DNA of 32,000 bases from Candidatus Electronema aureum (GTDB taxonomy: Bacteria > Desulfobacterota > Desulfobulbia > Desulfobulbales > Desulfobulbaceae), in the NCBI GenBank assembly GCA_004284765.1, contig NQJD01000011.1, positions 28,455-60,454 on the forward strand. The letters run 5' to 3'. The notes beneath the pieces are model-generated. The model was given only the letters and a program-made list of their open reading frames with translations, made no database searches and was not told the DNA's origin. Numbering within the stretch: position 1 is the stretch's first letter; the number at the start of each line of letters is the position of its first letter. Both the position numbers and the translations under genes were made by a program. This document shows positions 26,293 to 32,000 of this stretch, one piece after another.

Positions 26293-28413
26293 CTACTGCC
26301 TAAAATCGAACTTGTATTCCAAGAAAGCGCGGTCAAGGTGGCGGATAATTTTTTTCAGACCGAGCAGGTTTGCCACGCTGAACTGCACTTCCCAGGAGCA
26401 AACAGCAGTACCCGGATTACCGCTGCGGCGAGATACCTGCGCTACCTGCGCTACCTGTAGCTCCTCCGGCCCTTCAGCCAAGCGGCTGAACAGGTACTGA
26501 GCCGTGACATTCGCTACCACAAATTTTTGCGGCTTCGGCACTGCCGTGGCACTCAGCCGCCAGCGCACCTCCACCGCATCTTCACGCTGGAATTTGAGCT
26601 TTTTGAGCTGAAAGCAGTCTTTGCAGTGGAGAGAAATCCCCCGTGTGCTCAACAGGCCGACTAAGCCTTTGTCTAAAGGGGTGGGACGGCAACAGGCTGA
26701 TGACTTTACAACTACCGGATCAAGGGTGGTTAGCTCAATCCGGTTGAGAATGCCAGTGGGCTGATGAAGAAGCTGATCTTTGCTCTGAAGCAGACCGCTG
26801 CGAATTTCATAGATCAACTCGCGCATCTGAATCCGCCCTTGCCCAACTCGCTGAAGAAGTTCCTCCCGCGAGCTGATGCCAAAGTAAAACAAAATGTTCT
26901 CCATCGCTGGATGCTCGGTCAGATCAAAGGGCAGGCCGTAACGGCGCATTTCTTGTTCCAAGACCGAGCGACCGGTGCTGATGGCCACATGCTTGATCCG
27001 CTCACGAAATGCTCTTGCTAAGGCACTACGTGCCTGCGGAGTCTGGCAGCGACTCTGGAGGTCCAGATCAAAATCAACCGGATCGTCTTGGCGAAGAATT
27101 TTCACTACGCTACCGTCTTGGAGCATATCGCCTGGCTCGGCCCGCTGGTTGCCGATCATCGCGCCGACACAACTATGGCCGATGTCAGTGTGGATGCGAA
27201 AGGCAAAATCAAGCACCGAGGAATGCACTGGCAGGCAGAGCAGGTCGCCGTCTGGGGTGTAGGTGTAGATTTCCTTGCGGCCGCTGGCAGCGATCATGTC
27301 CCGATAGGAAACCGCATCGTCGCTGCCAAGGATGTCAAACATCTCTTGCAGCTCGGTGAGGAAGCGATCCATCTTCCGGTTGGCCGGATTCCAATCTTTG
27401 ACTAAGCCGCACTGGGCACTGTGGGCCATCTCCTCGGTGCGGATTTTAAACAGATACTTGCTGCCGTCAATAATCGCCTTGGCGTGTAGGCCCTGATAGC
27501 CGGTGGGTTTAGGATTGGCGATGAAGTCGCGGATGGTGCGCGGTACTGGCGGGTAAATTTCGTTGAGGATGCCGAGTATCTGATAGCAGTTCATCCGGCT
27601 GGCTGTGGTGATCAGGATTTCTTGGGGTATCTCAATTTCCGTCCGCAGCAGCCGGTTCTTTATATCGTAGTAGCCCCACAGCCCCTTCGTGCGCACCACT
27701 ACTTCTGCCGCGACCTCGACTGCTTGCAGCGAAGTTTCAATTTTACCTGTCAGGTTGGACAGGGCCGGATTGCCTTTCAGCCGATTAATCTGCTGCTGGA
27801 GTTTATTGCCCTGCTTGGGAAATTTATTCGCCAAGGCACGATTGTACAGCTCCCGCTTGACTGCGAAGAGACCGAGGAGGGTAGCTAAGGGGGCGTAGAA
27901 ATCCAGCGTCTCGTCCGCAATGCGCTGCCGCTTGTGACGGGGCATGGAATCGAGGGTGCGCAGATTGTGCAACCGGTCAGCAATCTTGACGATCATCACC
28001 TCTGGCCGGGCCGCTGCACCGGTGAAGAGCTGGCGGTGAACCAGCTTCTTGAGGGCCTGCTTGTCGCCACTGTGATGCTTGACCTTAGTGCAACCGACGA
28101 CAATAGCCTCCACCGTAGTGCCAAATTTCTCCCGGATTACCGCTGGGACGATTTCCTCCACATCCTCGATGGTGTCATGCAGCAGCCCGGCAGCCAATAT
28201 TTCGGCATTATGGATTTCCAGCTCCTCAGCGAGAATGCGGGCGGTTGCGCAAGGGTGCATGATATACGGGTCGCCAGAGCGACGTAGCTGGCCCTCATGG
28301 GCGGCGACGGCGAAATCCAAGGCTTCGTAAAACAGGCGAACTGACGGGCTGGCACCGATGAGTGCCTCCATGTCGCAGCGGTACTGCTCAAGATCAAATT
28401 TTTTTGCTTCCAT
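26293..28413 (-). CDS. Bifunctional (p)ppGpp synthetase/hydrolase, RelA/SpoT homologue
   Basis: It has an HD hydrolase domain (HPCATA...LLHDTIED), a synthetase domain (GYQGLHAK) and TGS- and ACT-like C-terminal regions. The track start at 28434 is a TTG, so the ATG at 28413 (MEAKKFDLEQY) is preferred. Confidence 0.92.
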   Translation of the reverse strand: MEAKKFDLEQYRCDMEALIGASPSVRLFYEALDFAVAAHEGQLRRSGDPYIMHPCATARILAEELEIHNAEILAAGLLHDTIEDVEEIVPAVIREKFGTTVEAIVVGCTKVKHHSGDKQALKKLVHRQLFTGAAARPEVMIVKIADRLHNLRTLDSMPRHKRQRIADETLDFYAPLATLLGLFAVKRELYNRALANKFPKQGNKLQQQINRLKGNPALSNLTGKIETSLQAVEVAAEVVVRTKGLWGYYDIKNRLLRTEIEIPQEILITTASRMNCYQILGILNEIYPPVPRTIRDFIANPKPTGYQGLHAKAIIDGSKYLFKIRTEEMAHSAQCGLVKDWNPANRKMDRFLTELQEMFDILGSDDAVSYRDMIAASGRKEIYTYTPDGDLLCLPVHSSVLDFAFRIHTDIGHSCVGAMIGNQRAEPGDMLQDGSVVKILRQDDPVDFDLDLQSRCQTPQARSALARAFRERIKHVAISTGRSVLEQEMRRYGLPFDLTEHPAMENILFYFGISSREELLQRVGQGRIQMRELIYEIRSGLLQSKDQLLHQPTGILNRIELTTLDPVVVKSSACCRPTPLDKGLVGLLSTRGISLHCKDCFQLKKLKFQREDAVEVRWRLSATAVPKPQKFVVANVTAQYLFSRLAEGPEELQVAQVAQVSRRSGNPGTAVCSWEVQFSVANLLGLKKIIRHLDRAFLEYKFDFRQ
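26435..26457. repeat. In-frame 9-bp tandem repeat inside the RelA/SpoT gene
   Basis: ACCTGCGCT ACCTGCGCT ACCTG encodes QVAQVAQV in the C-terminal regulatory region. Confidence 0.8.
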
Positions 28414-28552
28414 GTTCCCTGTCCTTTGGCGCAAGCCTGGGCTTCCTCTTTAGAGTTTTGTAGTGTACACTGCAACCGCTGAGAAGCAAACAGGGAATAG
28501 GAAAAATTTGTTCAACAGCCGGGCCTTCCGGTGCGCAACTAATAGGAAAAGA

Positions 28553-30757
28553 ATGTCACGAAAGAGATACCCGGAAAAAAGGGGCAAAGAACGCCCTGCT
28601 GATCAACAACGGCGGCAGGATGGAGAAAATCCCCTCTTCGGTCGGCTCCTGGCCTTTCTGCGCAAGCAGCAAGAGCCAAGTTCCTTGAAAACCATCCTCA
28701 AGGGACTAGCGGTTGCCGAGCATGAGCAGCAATCGGTCAAGGAGGCCTTGGCCTCGTTGGAGCAAGCAGGCCGACTACGCCGCAACCGGCAGTGCTGGCA
28801 GGCAGCAGGCGGCGAAAGCACCGTTCGGGCACGCCTCTCGCTGACTGCCAAGGGCTTTGGCTTTGCGGTGCTGGAAGGCAATGTTGCCCGGCAGCAGAAA
28901 GATATCTTCATCGCTGCCTCTGCCTTGAACGGCGCAGGCCACGGCGACACGGTGCAGGTGCAGCTCATCAGTCGCTCTTCGGAGCGACCTGAAGGCGAGG
29001 TGGTGGAGATTGAAAAACGGGCCTTCACCCACATCTGCGGCATCTACATGGGCGACCGCAATCTCGGCACTGTGACCCCGGACAGCGACAAATTGCCTTT
29101 CACTGTGCGGGTGAAGCGCAACGATTCGCTGGATGCCGAAGATGGCCAAGCAGTGCTGGTCGAGATCATCGACTACGGCACTCCGCAGCGGCAGCCGCTC
29201 GGTCGGGTGGTGGAAATCCTGGGCCAGCCGGACACGCCACAAGTGCAGATCAGAATGGCGATTCAGCAGTTTACTCTGCCCCGTTCTTTCCCAGCGGAAG
29301 TGCAGGCTGCGGCTGAGACTCTGGAGCCGCTGACTGAGGCTGTCGGCAGCCGAAAAGACCTGCGCTATCTCCGTCACGTCACCATTGACGGCGCAACTGC
29401 CAAAGACTTCGATGATGCGGTCTGTGTGCAAAAAACGCAGCAAGGCTACCGGCTTTTTGTCTCCATCGCTGATGTCAGCCACTATGTGCAACCCGGTTCG
29501 GCGATTGATGTCGAAGCTTTTCAGCGCGGCACCAGCGTTTATCTGCCGAACATGGTGCTGCCGATGCTGCCGGAGCGGTTATCGAATGACCTCTGCTCAT
29601 TAGTGCCTGACCAAGACCGGCCCGCCTTCACCGCTATTATTGATTTTGATCAGCAAGGCAAACGCATTGGGGCGAAATTCACGAAAAGCCTGATCCGCAG
29701 CCATTGCCGTTTCACGTATGATACGGTCAATGAACTTATCTATCTGCGGGAACTAAAGGCGCGGACTGCGCACAAGGCCCATCTGCCGATGCTGGAAAAA
29801 GCCAAAGAGTTAGCCTCGTTGCTCGCGGAGCAACGGACGCAGCGCGGCTCACTCGGCTTCAATATTCCAGAGGCGGACATCTGCCTTGTCGATGGTAAAA
29901 TCGCCTCAGTCAGCAGGCTTAAGCGCAATCAGGCCCATCTCTTGGTTGAGGAATTCATGCTGGCAGCCAACGAGGCGGTGGCAGAACATCTCGACCAAGC
30001 TCAGATGCCAGTGCTATTCCGGGTACATGAAAATCCTTCCCCTGAGAAGGTGAAGGATTTCGTCGAAACCGCTGCCTCAATGGGCTTGGAGCTGCCGAGA
30101 AGCTCGATCAGTCCGGCTTGGTTTGCTGCTGTCTTAGCCAAAACCAAGAACACCCCGGCAGAATACGTGGTCAACAATTTGCTCCTCCGCACCATGCAGC
30201 GAGCCAGATACACGCCAGAGAATCTCGGCCATTTCGGTTTGGCTGCCGAGTATTATCTCCATTTCACCTCGCCCATTCGCCGCTATCCTGACTTAGTTGC
30301 CCACCGGGTTTTGCAAAACCTGCTCGCCAAGCAGAAGGCACCTGCCAAAGTCCTGCCTGACGGCGAAGAGTTAGAAGCAGCCGGAGCCTTTCTTTCTGGG
30401 CGGGAGCGCGTGGCTGTGGAGACAGAGCGGGACGTGCAGGCTCGGTTGGCCGCGCTCTTCCTCCGCGACCGGGTGACAGAGCAGTTTGACGCAGTGATCT
30501 CTGGCGTGACGGCCTTTGGTATGTTTGTCGAGCTGGTGGAATGCCTGATCAGTGGCGCAGTACCGGTCAAGGATATGGTGGATGACTGGTATCGCCACGA
30601 CAGCACCGGGCATTGCTTGGTAGGTGAGCGTACAGGCCGCATCTATCGGCTCGGTGATTTGATCAAAGTGCAGCTGGTGCAAGTAGATATGTTGAGCCGC
30701 AAGCTGACCTTTGCCGTGGCCCAGTCGCCGCCGCCCACCCGCGCCCGCAAAAAATGA
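28553..30757 (+). CDS. rnr: Ribonuclease R (3'-5' exoribonuclease, RNB family)
   Basis: RNB motif IDGATAKDFDDAV, a C-terminal S1 domain (FDAVISGVTAFGMFVEL) and a basic tail. The ATG at 28553, preceded by AGGAAAAG, is preferred over the track start at 28463. Confidence 0.92.
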   Translation: MSRKRYPEKRGKERPADQQRRQDGENPLFGRLLAFLRKQQEPSSLKTILKGLAVAEHEQQSVKEALASLEQAGRLRRNRQCWQAAGGESTVRARLSLTAKGFGFAVLEGNVARQQKDIFIAASALNGAGHGDTVQVQLISRSSERPEGEVVEIEKRAFTHICGIYMGDRNLGTVTPDSDKLPFTVRVKRNDSLDAEDGQAVLVEIIDYGTPQRQPLGRVVEILGQPDTPQVQIRMAIQQFTLPRSFPAEVQAAAETLEPLTEAVGSRKDLRYLRHVTIDGATAKDFDDAVCVQKTQQGYRLFVSIADVSHYVQPGSAIDVEAFQRGTSVYLPNMVLPMLPERLSNDLCSLVPDQDRPAFTAIIDFDQQGKRIGAKFTKSLIRSHCRFTYDTVNELIYLRELKARTAHKAHLPMLEKAKELASLLAEQRTQRGSLGFNIPEADICLVDGKIASVSRLKRNQAHLLVEEFMLAANEAVAEHLDQAQMPVLFRVHENPSPEKVKDFVETAASMGLELPRSSISPAWFAAVLAKTKNTPAEYVVNNLLLRTMQRARYTPENLGHFGLAAEYYLHFTSPIRRYPDLVAHRVLQNLLAKQKAPAKVLPDGEELEAAGAFLSGRERVAVETERDVQARLAALFLRDRVTEQFDAVISGVTAFGMFVELVECLISGAVPVKDMVDDWYRHDSTGHCLVGERTGRIYRLGDLIKVQLVQVDMLSRKLTFAVAQSPPPTRARKK

Positions 30758-31239
30758 CCGAGCAGCAGAAGACCAACGGTGCTCTTGTGCCGTTAGCAGG
30801 GAATCTGAAAAACCTGCTGGAGCAGCCACAGTGGGGCAACCAGCGGCATCTGCTGTCATTGACCCGTCATTGGCCGAAATTGGTGGGCGATGTATTTGCC
30901 CACCAGAGTCTACCCGCCTATTTTCGCCGCGATGAGCTGTGGATTTATGTCCGCCATTCTCTCTGGATGCAGCAGATGCAATTGGCTAAAATGGAGATCA
31001 TGGCTAAGATCAAAACCTTCCTGCACCAGCAACAGCGGGTGAGTGATCTCCGCTGGACGCTCCAGCCCGTTGATCTTGCTGCTCCGCCCGCCGAACCATA
31101 CGTACCGCCACCAACCCAAGTTGATCCCGCTGCCGAACGCGAATTTCGGGCAATGGCCGAAACGATTGCTGATGTAGAGGCAAGGCAAGCGCTACTCCGC
31201 TTTTGGCGACGGATGGAGACGTTGAAAAGAAAAATGTAG
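30754..31239 (+). CDS. DUF721 domain protein (DciA-like family)
   Basis: 161 aa. WPKLVGDVFAHQSLPAYFRRDELWIYVRHSLWMQQMQLAKMEIMAKI fits the DUF721 consensus (W..ivG...a.h..P......L.v.v.s..w..el). The start overlaps the rnr stop (ATGA). Confidence 0.68.
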   Translation: MTEQQKTNGALVPLAGNLKNLLEQPQWGNQRHLLSLTRHWPKLVGDVFAHQSLPAYFRRDELWIYVRHSLWMQQMQLAKMEIMAKIKTFLHQQQRVSDLRWTLQPVDLAAPPAEPYVPPPTQVDPAAEREFRAMAETIADVEARQALLRFWRRMETLKRKM

Positions 31240-31450
31240 TGCTTATAGCATGGAAGATTCGAGCATAGGGAAGTGGTACAGGGTATAATGCAGGATTGTT
31301 GCGGAAATGGAAGGTGTGTGTTTAGTTCTAAGCGAAATTGATCTATTTCATCAAAAAAAAGAAATTTACAAATGAAAGATTTATAGTTAATAGGAGTAAA
31401 TCATTCACTAGCTGTAATCATACTTTCTTTGCAAGGAAAAGGAGTAGAAA

Positions 31451-31861
31451 ATGATTGTAAGAAAATCGTTCTGTCTGTTGCTGCTTGCTGCAAGTTTTTC
31501 GCTGGTCGGCAGCGTGACGTTTGCTGCGCCCCCGGTTCCGCCTGCATTCAAGCAGAAGCTTGCTCTTAGCGAGAGCAAACTGAAAGCTATAGAGGCAAAA
31601 ACGGCGACTATACTCAGCCGGAGAACTCTCAGAGTGGCCGATGAAAACATCGGGAAGGAGCTGGATGCATACGCGGAGCAGATGCGAGCTGCCAGTGAAG
31701 AGGCGGAGAAGTCAGGCATCAGTTTTAAAACCACAGCGCAAGCTCATGCGGCCAGAATCGATAACCTGATGAAAAAATTTGAGGATATCGATAGCGAGGT
31801 GAAAACAGGGGATATCGCCTTGGACAAAGCTGTCCTGAAAAAGGGTAATGGTGAACCATGA
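31451..31861 (+). CDS. Secreted hypothetical protein (signal peptide plus predicted helical region)
   Basis: 136 aa with a signal peptide (MIVRKSFCLLLLAASFSLVGSVTFAAPP). AAGGAG lies 8 nt upstream. The remainder is charged and helix-prone with no motif I recognise. Confidence 0.55.
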   Translation: MIVRKSFCLLLLAASFSLVGSVTFAAPPVPPAFKQKLALSESKLKAIEAKTATILSRRTLRVADENIGKELDAYAEQMRAASEEAEKSGISFKTTAQAHAARIDNLMKKFEDIDSEVKTGDIALDKAVLKKGNGEP

Positions 31862-32000
31862 GTGGCAAAGCGGACGGCTCCCTAAAAAACACATTGAATT
31901 TACCATTAAAAACAATATAATATTGAAAAAGTTGACTTCCGACTTGGTCTCAGTTTTCAGAGGGCGAATGCCCGCCAGCCAAACGCCGTTCTTATGAAAG

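Noticed and set aside
26435-26457. Tandem ACCTGCGCT repeats were considered as a possible CRISPR or minisatellite fragment.
   Set aside because: There are only about 2.5 units with no spacers, and they are in-frame inside the RelA/SpoT coding sequence. I kept it only as a minor coding repeat.
31240-31450. I inspected the AT-rich 210-nt spacer before the last gene for a tRNA, small RNA or mobile-element end.
   Set aside because: I saw no cloverleaf-compatible arms, inverted repeats or direct repeats. It is most simply a promoter/leader region.
31859-31918. A tiny ORF (MSGKADGSLKNTLNLPLKTI) overlaps the stop of the secreted protein gene.
   Set aside because: It is too short and has no RBS or recognisable motif, so it cannot be supported from sequence alone.

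Overview
This is a 32 kb chromosomal window from a moderately GC-rich bacterium. The gene content (sigma-54 two-component pair, Psr/Phs-type molybdopterin reductase, RelA/SpoT, RNase R) suggests an anaerobic, sulfur-metabolising proteobacterium, but that is a guess. All calls come from reading the ORF track and sequence; no searches were run.

Most of the window is housekeeping: murA, a histidine kinase with an NtrC-family regulator, tatC, class II aldolase, a sugar epimerase, a GT2 glycosyltransferase, psrABC-like genes, M18 aminopeptidase, a DenV-like glycosylase, comEA-like, corA, yfcH, a TviB-like sugar dehydrogenase, queE/queD, relA/spoT, rnr and a DUF721 protein.

Three things stand out:
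1. The best candidate for an undescribed system is a sharply AT-rich two-gene cassette at 21999-23655 (minus strand). It has a DUF4365-type, restriction-endonuclease-like gene whose stop overlaps (ATGA) the start of a 381 aa protein with no motif I recognise. The DUF4365 gene is split by what looks like a 5-bp tandem duplication (AATAG x2 at 23531-23540).
2. A second AT-rich island (about 9690-11400) carries a lone 455 aa SIR2-like (NADase-type) gene with an unassigned C-terminal domain. Next to it are a 28-bp-arm hairpin element and a 16-bp palindrome.
3. An orphan T7 gp4-like zinc-finger/Toprim-like/SF4-helicase fusion lies at 19299-21074.

I saw no rRNA, tRNA, CRISPR array or transposase.
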